A DNA stretch of 64,000 nt from Chrysomallon squamiferum (taxonomy: Eukaryota > Animalia > Mollusca), in the NCBI GenBank assembly GCA_012295275.1, contig CM022676.1, positions 9,176,001-9,240,000 of the forward strand, read 5' to 3'. Under the pieces are notes generated by a model that did no database searches, was not told where the DNA came from, and saw nothing but the letters and a program-made list of their open reading frames with translations. Both the position numbers and the translations under genes were made by a program. How positions within the stretch are numbered: the stretch's first letter is position 1; every line of letters begins with the position of its first letter. Shown in pieces: positions 41,651-55,981 of the stretch.

Positions 41651-44600
41651 TTGATCAGAGATAGAAAATGTCTTAATCCAATATACAAGAGAGCTGCAAC
41701 CAACTCGTTCGTGGTTAAGAATCTCAAAGACTCGGAGCACACCTACAGAGTTGACAGAAACCAAAACGTCCCCGTTCCAAAAAACTCAGAAGGCAGCCCG
41801 TCCAGATCTCTTACCTCCCAGACAGCTAGCAGCTGTCTCGGTGGGCGGGATGCCCAATCGGGGGAGGTACTTAGTTCGTCAGTGGGTGGAGCCAATTCCA
41901 CAGTGGGAGGAGCTTTGAAAAGAGGTCGCGTGAGAGAAAAGGTAGGAGTAAATGAAAGAGTGATGACTGGGTGTTTTTTTTTTTGTAGTTTTGTTTTGTG
42001 TAGGGTGGGGTTGGGTTGGGTTGTGTTGTGTTGTGTTGTGTTGTGTTGTGTTGTGTAGTATAGTATAATGTAGTATAGTACAGTATAGTGTAGTATAATA
42101 TAAAGTAGTGCAGTGCAGTGTAGTATAGTATAGGATTTGTAGTATTGCATAGTGTTGTATAGTATAGAGTAGTATAGCATGGTATAGTAAAGTATAGCAT
42201 AGTATTGTATACTATTGTATTGTAGAGAATAGTACAGTATGGTTTTGTAATTTTTTAATAATTTTTTTGAGGGAATTTGTATGTTAATTTAAATTATTAG
42301 TTAATTATTATTTTTAAAAATCTGATAATTCTTTTTTAGTATTATTTTATTTTTATTTTTATTATTATTATTATTATTACTTAATATTTATTTATTTATT
42401 TTTTTTTTTTTTTTTTAGTATTATTATTAATAGTAGTTGTGTTGTTTTGTTGTTCCTGTTCTTGTCTGTTCTTCATTAATTTATTACCGTCCATTTGCCA
42501 GGCAGCTTCATCCGCACAACCGCTGGCTGTCAAACCAGTGCTGAGTGTCAACCGAAAGGTTGTTCCCCCCTCGGGAGCCTCCAGAGATGTGCACCTCATA
42601 AAAGCAGACTTCAAGGTAAAGTCACAAATAATACCTGACGATTCCAGTCTCAACGATTTGTTATTTAAATATTTGTTTGAGCCCCGATATTTTTGTTAAC
42701 GAGAGCTACGAGATGTGAAAATAAAATTGCATGATTCCAATCTTGGCAATATGTTAATTTATTTATTTATTTAATCTTTTGATGTTTTTTTTTTTTTTTA
42801 TTAATGAGAATAATGAGATTTTAAAATAATATTGCATGATTCCCATATCTCCAACAGTTATATTAATTATTTATTTGTTTATCCTTCAATGTGTTTTATT
42901 AATCAGCATTGTAAGGTGTGAAAAGGTTGCGATGTCGATGGTTAATTAGTATTTCATGATTCCAGTTTCAAGTGTTAGTGAGTTTGTATGGTGGGAATTT
43001 ATTCGAATTTACTACAATGAATGATTCTGATGTTGCTTCATAAGTAAATGCTGTTGATCAACAGAAAGTGATGTTTCATGAACAGCTACATATACACAGT
43101 AACAATTACAAAAACATGAGAAAAACATAAATAATGAATGAATTAATTTTATTAATATAAATAAAATAGAGAATTTTTTTTTTTTTTAAATTGACATAGC
43201 TAAGCAGTTGCTGAAAGTATTAGCTTTACCAAAAATAAAAATAAAGTTTTTTAAAAAAAATTTTACTTTTTCATTATGATGATACTCAAAGCAAAAATCT
43301 TTACAATCAAAACAAAACTTGTTTCTACCAGTTTGCTGTGTGGAATGTTGAGATGTGACTTATCAGTTGTTTAATAATAAAATAATATTTTAAAATTCAC
43401 ACCTCTTAGTAGTCCTGCAGATTAATACTTATTATTTTATTTAAAAACTAAATATTTTTAGTGTATATAGTAATTAAAATACATTAACAGACTGAATTAT
43501 GTACATTTAAAATGCTAACATTTTGTTATATTTATTATTTAAAAAATAAATAAATGAATAAAAATAATGATTTTTTATTGTCCATATTTTTTTTTTTTAA
43601 TTTTAATTTTACTATATAAATGTTAATTTTTCATGATATATGGATGTCATAGAGCACAATAATATATAATTATTAAAATTCCATAATACATAGATAAAAG
43701 AAATATCATTTAATTATATAAATAATAAAGTTTCATTGAATATAGTAGTATCAATTTATTACAATTCTGTGGTATGTTAGTAATATAAAAATATTATCAT
43801 TTAGCTGTATGTATGCATACTAAAATTTCATAATACATGGAGTAATAAAAATATATCATTTAATTATATAAGTAACCATATTTCCATGGAACATAGTAAA
43901 ATAAAAAACACTCATTTAATTATAATGTAAAAAAAAAATTTAAAAAAATTAACATTAATAAAGTGCATAGAACATAGTAATATATAGATAAAAAAATACC
44001 CATGTCATATTTGTACATAGTAACATCAAAATAGTAACATTTAATTTTATGTGTGAATATTAAAAATGTCTTAATGTACAAATTTTCATGGTGGAGATAT
44101 ATAAGAATGTTTAACTTTTTAGGAGGACAACAGCTTAAATGTGTCGTGGATGTATGGAATGGCGCTGACCATGATGAAGCCGACCTGTGTACGAACTGTT
44201 TGCTTTCTTTGCGGCAGTGCAGGAAAACATGAGGTGAAATAATAAAATAAACTTTTCAGCTAGCACGAAAATACCTTGTGAGTTTGTGGTGTGTGTGTAG
44301 TTAATCATGTCGGAAGTAACGAATCTTGTCTAAATGAATCAGATTGTTTTATAAAGTATAGTTCGTGTGTGTATGACAGAGAGAGAGAGAGATTGTGAAC
44401 TGTTACATATTGTGTAATATATTTTGTGTGTATTTTATATTTCAGCTGATTCTTTGGCTTGTTTTTTACCATTTTTTATTTCAGTTGATCTGTTATATAA
44501 TTTTTATATGTTTCACATTTCAGCTAATTCTTTGGCTTGTTTTGAACCATTTTTATATATTTTTATATGTTTATTTCATATATTTAACTGCTATATATAT

Positions 44601-47600
44601 ATATAGTGTCTAATGTAATACACATGTTTCATATTTCAGCTGATATTCTGCATGGCATGTTGTGAACCGTTTCACATGTTCTGTCTGACAGAGGACGAGA
44701 GACCAGACGAGGAGAACATGGAGAACTGGTGTTGTCGTAGATGTCAGTTCTGCAACGTCTGCGGTCATCAGAACAATTTGCTGCAATGTGACAGGTGTCA
44801 GGTGAACTGTTACAATTGTTATAATTCTGTTCTCAGGTATTTTCAGCGTAACATCAGCTGAAATATAATTATTTGAGTATATGTCAAATAAATAAACCAT
44901 TGCTTGACCTGAAATACTCTGGAATAGACTAAAAATAATCTGGTATATCTCAAATAAATAAACCATTGCTTAACTAAAATCCTCTGGAATAGACTAAAAA
45001 TAATCTGGTATATGTCAAACAAATAAACCATTGCTTATCTAAAATCCTCTGGAATAGACTAAAAATAATCTGGTATATCTCAAACAAATAAACCATTGCT
45101 TAAACTAAAATCCTCTGGATTTGACTAAAAATAATCTGGTATATGTCAAACAAATAAACCATCGCTTATCCTGAAATACTCTGGAATAGAAAAAATAATC
45201 ATTCAAACAAATAAACCATTGTACAAAAAATTCTGGATTTGACTTTAATCTGCAGTGTTTATTTGTAAGGAAAACATTCAGCAGAACTTGTACATAAAAA
45301 TTACACTTTATCTCTTTTATTGCTAACGTAATTACATATCTGTTTACTTGTGTATCTTATTTTATTTTTTATTTACTTATTTATAAATTAACTTGTTTAC
45401 TTATTTATTTATTTATTCATTTATTAATTTACTTACTTATTTATCTATTTATTTACTTATTTATTTGTTTACTTCTTTCTTTCTTTGTTCTTTATTTCTT
45501 TCTTTATTTATTTTTTTAATTATTTACTCATTTATTTATTAATTTACTTACTGATTTATCTATTTATTTACTTAATTATTTGTTTACTTCATTCTTTCTT
45601 TATTCTTTATTTATTTATTTATTTATTTACTTATTTATTTATTTATTTGTTCATTTATTTATTTACATGTTTATTTACTTATTTATTGATTTACTTCTTT
45701 ATTTTATTTATTTATTTATTTACGTGTTTGTTTATTTATTTATTTATTTATTTATTTATTGAATTACTTATTTACATGTTTATTTATTTATTTATTTACT
45801 TATTTACTTATTTATTTATTTATTTACAGAGTACTTATCATCCTGAGTGTCTTGGACCAAACTATCCCACGAAGCCATCGCGACAGAAAAACATCTGGGT
45901 GTGCATGAAATGTGTGCGCTGTAAGAGTTGTGGGGCGACCACGCCCGGCAACGGGAACAGCGCCATCTGGATGTACGATTTTTCTTTGTGTTACGAGTGT
46001 GGCCAGCTCATGGACAAAGGTAAACAATGTTTGTGAAAAAGAAATTAAAATGTTGTTTTTTTTGTTTTTTTTTGTATGATGTATGTGTTGAAAAATAAAT
46101 GGTTAATATGATAATCCATAATAATCCATACGATGATAATAAAGTGTGTGACGGCCATCTTGAAACCCCATCAAAATGGGTTTTTGTTTTTTTGTGTTAT
46201 TTATAAACAAAGATTTGTGTTTTTGTGTTATTTATAAACAAAGATTTGTGGTTTTTTGTTATTTATAAACAAAAGATTTGTGTGTTTGTTATTTATAAAC
46301 AAAAGATTTGTGTTTTTTTGTTATTTATAAATAAAGATTTGTGTGTTTCAGGGAACTTCTGTCCTGTTTGTCACAAGTGTTACTCTGATGACGACTGGGA
46401 ATCCAAAATGGTGGAATGTGCAAAGTGCAAGAGTTGGGTTCATGCTAAATGTGAAGAACTGTCTGGTATGTTCAACAATCATTCATTTTCATCCTATCAT
46501 TTTTAGACATCTTTCTTTCTTTCTTTTTTTAACTGTTTACTGTGTTTTTTGTGGGTTTTTTTTTGTTTGTTTCTTAGTTTTTTGTTTGTTTTCTCTTTCT
46601 TTTGTGTTTTTCTTTAATATTTTTCTCAATATGTCTTCCTTATTTTTTTATATACTAACTATAGATGTATAATGTTTTACTTACATCATTGCAGATTATT
46701 ATATATTCTAACTATAGATGTGTAATATCTTACTTACATTATTACAGAATATTATATATATTAACTATAGATGTATAATATCTTACTTACATCATTGCAG
46801 ATTATTATATATACTAACTATAGACCTATAATATTTTATTTACGTCATTGCAGATTATTATATATACTAACTATAGATGTATAATATTTTACTTACATCA
46901 TTGCAGAATATTATATATACTAACTATAGATCAATAATATAATTACTTACGTCATTGCAGATTATGATATAGACTAACTATAGATGTATAATATCTGAAT
47001 TACGTCATTGCAGAATATTAACTAACTAGAGATATATACTAACTACAGACATATAATATCTTACTTACATCATTGCAGATTATTATATAGACTAACTATA
47101 GATGTGTAATATCTTACTTACATCATTGCAAAATATTAACTAACTAAAGATATATACTAACTACAGACATATAATATTTTATTTACGTCATTGCAGACTA
47201 TTATATTAAACTAACTGTAGATGTATAGACTTTTATTTTTGTCATTTCAGATGAGATGTATCAGGTGTTGTCAGATCTTCCAGAGGACGTACACTACACG
47301 TGTAAGATGTGCTCTACAGAGAGACCTGCGCACTGGGAAGTCATGTTGAATGAAGCTTTCTACGGAGGACTGAAGTCTGTGTTGCTCGGACTGCTGAACA
47401 TGAAGTGTTCTCATCACCTGATCAACATAGACCCCGAGGTAAGTGACAGCACTGTCGTTAGGCTGGAAAATAATAATAGTTAGTATTAGTATTATTTTTA
47501 TTTTTATTTTTTTTAAATTTTTATTATTGTTGTTATTTTTATTTTTAAATATTTATTGTTATTATTATTTTTATTTTTATTATTTTATTATTATTATAAT

Positions 47601-50600
47601 TATTATTATTATCATTACTATTATATTTTTATTATTATTATTATTTTTATTATTTTATTATTATTACAATTACTATTATTATTATTATCATTACTATTAT
47701 ATTTTATTTTTATTATTATTTTTATTATTATTTTATTACTACTACTACTACTACTACTACTAGAATTATTGCAACTACTACTACTACTGTTGTTATTGTG
47801 ACCATTTATATTATTATCTATGCTATTTTACAACTATTATTACTGTTTTGTTTATTCTTATACTTTTTCTTATTATTATTGGTAGTTGTAGTAGTAGTAT
47901 TGTTATTATTATTATTATTATTATTATTGTTATTATTATTATTATTACTACTACTGTTGTTACTATTTTACAGAATGAGAAAAGGATACAAGAAAACAAA
48001 AAGAAATTATCTCCAAAGACAAAATCTATAGAAAGTGCTAAATCAAAATCCGAATCCGAAATTCATCCTAACTCCAGCATCTCTTCACATGACAAAATCC
48101 GGTCATCAGACTCTGAAGACGTTAAAGACATCACCATGGAAACAGACAGTGTCGCTGCTGTTCCAAGCAGCAATTCAGAGACATCAAAAGCTTCTACAGC
48201 TGTTGCCATGGAAGCGGATCGGTCTTCAGCAGCTTCGTCGCCGAGTGACAGAGAAAAGATTGGTGACGGAAAAAGTGACTTACAGACATCTTCCATAATC
48301 TGTGATAGAAATGAATGTGCTCAACAAAACATGGATCAAAGTGAGTCAGATGATAAAAAAGATATTGTGAGTGTAGAGACGCACAGCTCATCTTCGGAAT
48401 CAAGCAGCAGAACGTGTCCAGATGTTAATAATGAGATAACTGACGAGAAGAATGATAATGTACTGTCGTCTGTCCGAGGAAGTGTTCATTCACAACCAGA
48501 TGCTAAGCCAGCCAATAAGAAGCCTTCTGACATCATTTCAAGCAATGAAAACAACCGTAACATCATCGATGCAAACTCTCAGTTTATTCCAGCCAATAAA
48601 AAGAGTGTTGATTCTCTTTCAACCAATGAAAACAGCTCAACGACAAACGCAGCCAATGAAAAGCGCGCAGACGTGTCGACAACCAATGAAAATTGTCCCG
48701 ATTCTAAGGCAGCCAATGAAATGAACTTGAGTTCAAAGGGTGAATTATCAGATGACAACAGCGATGTTGAGATGGCAGAGGTGGCGTTGCCCTCAGCCCT
48801 TGACGACAACGATAATGATGAATGTTTCAACAAGTTTGATCTGATTCGACCGATATTCAGATCTGGAGGCACTCCAGATTCCCAGGTCTCTACCAAAGTC
48901 AGGTACGATCCAACAGAGAACAATGCTGACGCCTTCGACGATTCACCTGAAAAGAGTTCATCTCCTGATTTAGATAGAAGTCCCTCCCAGTTGAAAAGTG
49001 ATCAGCTGCCTACGACTTCTGAGAATAAAACTTCTGAAAATTGTGAAGCTGAGATTCCGAAAAGCCTAACTCATGCTATGGAACAGTCTGAAGTAGACAC
49101 CTCGAAAGGCATAATCCATGCAATAGAGCAGTCTGAAGTTGGCATTCCGAAAAGCGTAACTCCTGTGCACATGAGTCGTGCAGATGCTGAAACATGCAGA
49201 CCACATACTGACACAGCAGAGCAGAAACACGTTAATTCTCCGCATAAAGCTGATATCTGCGAGGAGTCCGCGACAGCTACGTCATTAGGAACAACAGACG
49301 AGAAATCAGAAATGGAAATAAAGATCGAAGACGAAAACAACAGCTCGGTTCAGGAGAACAGAGTCGATCCCCATTCTGCCATGGATCTTTGCGATTCTTT
49401 CAAAACCGAGCCTCCCGGAACGAACGTTTCTGAAACTGACGACTCGGCACAGAAGAAAACTGCTGGATCAGACGTGGCTGCAATGGCATCATCTTCAACG
49501 TCATCGTCACTGGAATCAGCAAAACTGGAACCAGTCATGGATGTTGACGAAGACGAAAAGGACGGCAATGCGATAACAAAAATGGCTGACATCATGAGTG
49601 ACTCGACAGAGACTCTCTCTCATCCCAGCAACTCCAGGTCCAGCCCTGAAGGCTCGGAAGGTTCGAATAAGAAGGCTGCTGTTCATTTTCTGAGTCCCAA
49701 GTCCCTGGAGTACTTAAACAAGAGGCTTGCCAAGAGGGAATTTCCAAAAGATTTTGCAGCAGTTAAGGAGAAGCTGGAGAAAAACTTGTACAAAACTGTG
49801 GTAAGTTGATACTTTCTGTTACTTACAATGTTGTTAAAATAATAGGATAATAATCATAATTTCTTGTGTAAGTTGATACTTTCTGTTACTTACCATGCTG
49901 TTAAAATAATAGAGTAACTTCTTGTTTTGTTTTTAATCTTTCTGTTCATACTTTGATTTTGTTTTTATTAAAATACTGTGGTAAGTTGATATTTTGTTTT
50001 TTATTAAAATACTATGGTAAGTTGATATTTTGTTTTTATTAAAAAAAACTGGTAAGTTGATATTTTGTTTTAATCAAAACACTATGGTAAGTTGATATTT
50101 TGTGTTTGTTACTTATCTCGTTAGACAATGACAATAAATTAATGTATTTTCTGAGATTAGCTTGTTACAGTTCTGTGATAAGTTGATACTTTATTAACAT
50201 CTGTTATTAATCCTGTTAGAAAACTGTGATACGATACGTTGATACTTCATTTTTAATTTCTTACATTTATGGCAAATTTCAGTTGCATAATGTATACATA
50301 TTACACTTACAAAGTTAATGCAGACTTGTAGATATTGTACAATCAACATTTACTTATAGAAAAACTGCTTGTGTGTGTGTACTTACAAGTTTTATTTGCA
50401 TGACTCAATGCGGATTTGAATGTATTTTTTTATTCGTGTATGGAAAACAGTTCCATTGAACTTCACTCTGTGTGATTTATTCTGTTTGTACAGGAAGAAT
50501 TTAGTGAAGATATGGTAAACATCATCCAGGCAGCATTAAATTCCGAAGACACTGTCACACGTAAGAAAATGAACAACTCAGTCAGATCAACGTTCATCAA

Positions 50601-51926
50601 AGTAAGTTTTAAACTTGATTCTCACCACATTTCACACACACGATAAAACCTTTTCTTGATTAAAATCGCACTGTCTGATTTTATAAATTTCGATTTATCG
50701 TAATGCTATGAGTTTCGTTTATCGTTATTAATATTTTATAATTTAAATTTCACGCATGTGTGTGTGTTTTCTTTCTATTTTTTCAAAGCAAATGGAAAAG
50801 GCTTTCCCATGGTTCAATGTAAACACGTGCAAACTTTGGGAGCACAATCGCAATTTGCCAGAGTAAGTGGACATTATATTAAGACAGAAAATAATTCTGT
50901 TCCAAAAGTGTTTCAAAATAAACTCGTTTAAAGTTTTTAATTGTTAGCCAGATTCGGAAACAGTTTAAATTATCAGAATTTGACAGTGACTTGTTTAACT
51001 TGATACACCACTACAGATTACAATTTTTAGTTTTAACAAGATTCAGTAATACGGGGTTAAACTTGTCAACCTTAACAATAACTTGACACCATCGTAGTAT
51101 TGCTGTCATACCATCTTTACCACTACCTTGATATCCACCTTAATGTTGTGACGATATCGGCATTAATATTATTTAAAATTGCCTTATTTTTAATTTACGT
51201 CACCTTTTTTTGTTTTTTCAGTGGTATGCTCCCTGATGCCGTGCTTCCACCCACAGATGACCACACCTACGCCCAGTGGCTAGAGAGAGAGGAACCGCCC
51301 ATATCACCGCAACCTTCACCTTTCAAACGATGTCCAAACAAGTCTCAAGATAAGGTCGTTGTACCAATGGGTACGTTTGATTTTTATATTTCTTATTTTG
51401 ATGTAATGTCGACTAAGATGCAGCTTTCAATATTTTAAACTGTTGTAGAAAGACATTTGTTTGTGAGGGAGAATGGTATGAAAGAGATTTACTGGGTAGA
51501 GTTACAAAGAACACCGTTAAAAAATAAGTTATAGTCATTTACTGAAGAGATCAGTAGCACTTTACATATTTTTGTATGGTTGTTTTCTTTTTCTAATTTG
51601 TTTTCTTATTATTACTACTACTACTACTACTATTATTGTTTTGTTATCATCATCGTCATTATTGCTACTACTAGTACTACTATTATTATTATTATTGCTT
51701 ATCATCATCATCACTATTACTGCTACTACTACTACTACTACTACTACTTCTGCTACTACTGCTACTACCACTACTACTACTGTTGTTTTTATTATTATTA
51801 CTGGTTTATGTGTCTTATTTTGTTATTTATTTGTTGCTTTAACAGATGAATCACAGCCTGGTAATTCTTTCTGTATTTATATTGTGTGCAGAATGTTGTT
51901 CTGTTTGTTTGGGTTTATTTATTTAC

Positions 51927-51958
<32 letters not shown>

Positions 51959-52462
51959 ATTTAATTATTTATTTATTTAGTTATTTGTGTTTGTAGATGT
52001 CTTAAAGATCTTGCTTATTGTTTACTTACCATATTAATTTTGTTTTATTTTTTTTGTTTTATAACATGACAATAAACGACCAATACAGTAATATATGAAC
52101 ACACACATACACACACACGCACACATGTGCGTTTATATACACACATATTCCCATGTTATAAATTTCATATTTCTGGTTATTATTGTTTTATTATTATCAG
52201 CATTATGCTAAGTACTTTTTTATCTTTTTTTTATTTATTTATTTTAAATTTTTTTTTTTTTTTTTTATTATTTATTATCATCATTGTTGGTGCTGTTGCT
52301 GTATTGTTATTGTTCTTGTGATCATTACTATTACAGATGCTCGTATTATATTACTATTGTTGTTGTTTATTCATCATCATAATTATTAACACTATTATTA
52401 TAATTATTACCATAATTATAATAACAATTATTGTCATCATCATCATCATCATCTGGTTCTTA

Positions 52463-52521
<59 letters not shown>

Positions 52522-54766
52522 TTCAGCCTCATTTGATGAAAGTGGACCAGTAATAAATGCCGCTGAAGTAGTTGCATACGCTGCAGAGTCTGACTATGAT
52601 GGTGAAGATATACGACGTTGTGTTCTGTGTTCAAAACTTGGTGACGATGATCCCGAAGTAAGACGTTTAAAACAATTTCTTTTTAATTCGCGGATTCATC
52701 CAGTTAGATTTAACTGTTTATTTTTATTTTATTTTTAATTTTATTTTTTTTTAATTTAAATCTATGGAAAACATCAGTGTTTTATTTTAGATTAATTATA
52801 ATGATAGTGATGATAATGATAGAAAAGTGTTTAATATATATTTTTTTAAATTAAATTTTAAATCTATGGAATACCTCTGTAAAGTGTTTTAGAATATAAA
52901 CAATAGTGATGGTGATTTTATTTATTTTTAATCTTGAGTATTTCATTTTTGAAGAAGAAATAAAACAAAAGTAGTTTTGTTTCTTTGAGAAAGGAGAATC
53001 TAAAGTGAAATTGATTTGATTTTGTTTTAACTCTGTATAACAGCCACCTGTGTTTGAAGGACATCTTAAGTTTCTCCAATTATGCAATTATAAGTTTTAA
53101 TATATTATTTAAGTCACCTATCTATAAAACTGCTCAGTTTTATTTTACGATTCAAATCTGAATTACACTGAACTGTCTGTAACAACCATTTGAGGTTTAC
53201 CTGAGCAATGCACATCAAGTTTATACCTGAATTACAACCACCTGCCTACAACAGCCACCTTAAGTTTCCTCAAAAGTGCATTTTATCTCAGCCTAACAAT
53301 GACCTGTCTATTACAGCCTCTTCAGCTTTATCCAATCAGTCATTCGAGTTCTAAATCTGTATTACAACCACCTGCCTATAACAGATACTTTAAACTTCCT
53401 TCCACAATGCATCTAGTTTTAATTCTATATCACAACCACCTGTGTATAACATACCCCTTAAATGTCCTTCCAGAATGAATTTCATGTTTTATCTGTATAT
53501 ATTCAACCATCTGTCTTATATTATTTTTCACAACCACTTTCTGCCTGGAGTCCCGAGTGGCTGTACTGGACAATGTTTGACAGTATTAATGAGCTTTGCG
53601 TCTGCTGTTGTTGTTTTTTTGCAGGATGCGGGAAGGTTGTTGTATGTGGGACAGAACGACTGGGTGCATGTGAACTGTGCCCTGTGGTCAGCCGAAGTGT
53701 TTGAAGAGAGAGACGGCTGTCTGCAGAACGTTCACTCGGCAATAACACGAGGAAAGAAACTGGTATACTTTTCTTTACTGCTTAAATTTTTTTTTAATAA
53801 TAATACACTAAATTATTTGTGGTGGGAAGGAGGGAGGGGCAGGGAAATCTTAAAAAAAAAAAAAATTTTAAAAAAAAAATTCAAATTTTGTGTGTGTGTT
53901 AATCATCTGTGAAAAATTATCATCCAGCTTCTATCACTTACAATATTTTTGTGTATATGCAGTGGCATGCCAAGAGGGGGTGAAAAAAGGGGTGGTGCTG
54001 CCCCCGGGCATCCAGATGGGTGGATGGGTGTATCCAGTCAGAGAAAAGAATTTAATAAATTTGATGTTTATTTTGTGTTTTGTCTGGCTTTACATATTCA
54101 AAATATCTTCCCTTGTTAATAATATTTCTCAGTACCAGGCCTTATACTGGAGTCTTTGCAGCTTACAATCAAGGTGTTGGCACCAGACATTTGCATGCCT
54201 CTGTGTATACAAGTGTGTAAGTGTGTTTGTGTGTACGTTGGAGTATGTGTATATATACACACTAAACCATCTGAAATGAGTAAGATACAACAATCTCAGC
54301 TTTTCAAAAACTATTGAGAATTTGGTAGCTTTTTTTCATTTTTTTTTTTTTTTTTGGATAAAGGATCATCATAATTATAATAATAATCACTGAGGACTCC
54401 AGTATACAGCATACACTGTGTATACTAAAGTTTTACATCTGTTTGCTTCTCTATGTTTATTTTTTCTTAGCTCTGTGATTATTGTGGAAAATCGGGGGCC
54501 ACTGTAGGCTGTTGTAGTAGAGGCTGCTCAGGAAATTATCACTTCAGCTGCGCAAGAATTGCCCATTGTGTCTTTCAAGAGGACAAGAAAGTTTACTGTC
54601 GTATCCATGGCGACCAAGCTGTTGGGGAGGTATATATATGTTTGTTTACTTCTTTGTTTCTCGTTTATTTATTTATATTTTTATGTACTTAATTAGATAT
54701 GTTTGTTTGTGTTTCTTTGTTTATTCATTTATTTACTTCTTTAAATATTTATTGATTGATTGATTG

Positions 54767-54822
<56 letters not shown>

Positions 54823-55949
54823 CTTACTTATGTATATGATTGATTTATAGATGGATTTTTTTTTTCTACCAGCAAAATAAATACAGCATGTTATGCCTTC
54901 CTTTTTCAAAAAATAATAAATAAATAAATATATATTTTTATTATCTTTGTTATATACAATTGTAATTAGTTGCTGTTGGTTTTTTAAATAAAGAATAATA
55001 TAATTTAATAATATATATGATCTCCATTTATAACTTAAAAGAAATAACATTAAAACTTTCAGAAGTTATCGTAAAGATTTTTCTCTGCTCATGATTTTTT
55101 AATATTAAAAACTTTCTGCTTATGTTTTTCTCTGCTTATGTCAACTTTTCTTATTATTTTCAAATGAGAATAAAATAATTGCTGTACATTGGTATCAGTT
55201 GATAAAATAATAGAAATATTCTGTTAAAAAAAAAAATGTAATGTTGAAACCTTTTCAGATGGTACATCATGGCAGCTTTTCAGTGCTGCGTCGAGTTTGC
55301 GTTGACATGGAAGGCAGATATTCCAAAAAATCCTGGAACAAAGGAATCACTCCAAAACTGTTGAACATTCTCATAGGTAATCTTCAAGTTAGATTTATTT
55401 CTGTTTGTAAAATTTTAAGGAATTTTTTTGTTTTGGAAATGTGTTTCTGTTTTTGTGTCATGGAACAGAGTTTCGTATATATTACTGGCAATGGATTACA
55501 ATTATTTTATATGTCTTGATACTATATATTATATTATTTTCTGGTTTAGGGTCATATACTGTAGAAATATATATTATCTGGCAATAAATTATGAAGTAGA
55601 ATCATGTAATACTGTACTGTGGATTATGAAAAAGACTTTATTTTATTAACTGATGTTGTATTGGATGTGTTTCTGCTTTAGGGTCGTGTACTGTAGAAAT
55701 ATATATTATCTGGCAATAAATTATGAAGTAGAATCATATAATACTGTACAGTGGATTATGAAAAAGACTTTATTTTATTAACTGATGTTGTATTGGATTT
55801 GTTTCTGCTTCAGGGTCGTGTACTATTGAATCACTTGGACATCTTGAACCTCTTTCTGATAGGTCAGACTTTCTGCTGCCTGTTGATTTTGTGTAAGTGT
55901 GTCTTTGTATTACTTACTGCTGTGGTATCAATAGTTATCATGAGAGAGT

Positions 55950-55981
<32 letters not shown>

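Noticed and set aside
46652-47250. Regularly spaced repeats resembling a CRISPR array (also 44875-45225)
   Set aside because: Whole units repeat with no unique spacers, no cas genes, eukaryotic intron context.
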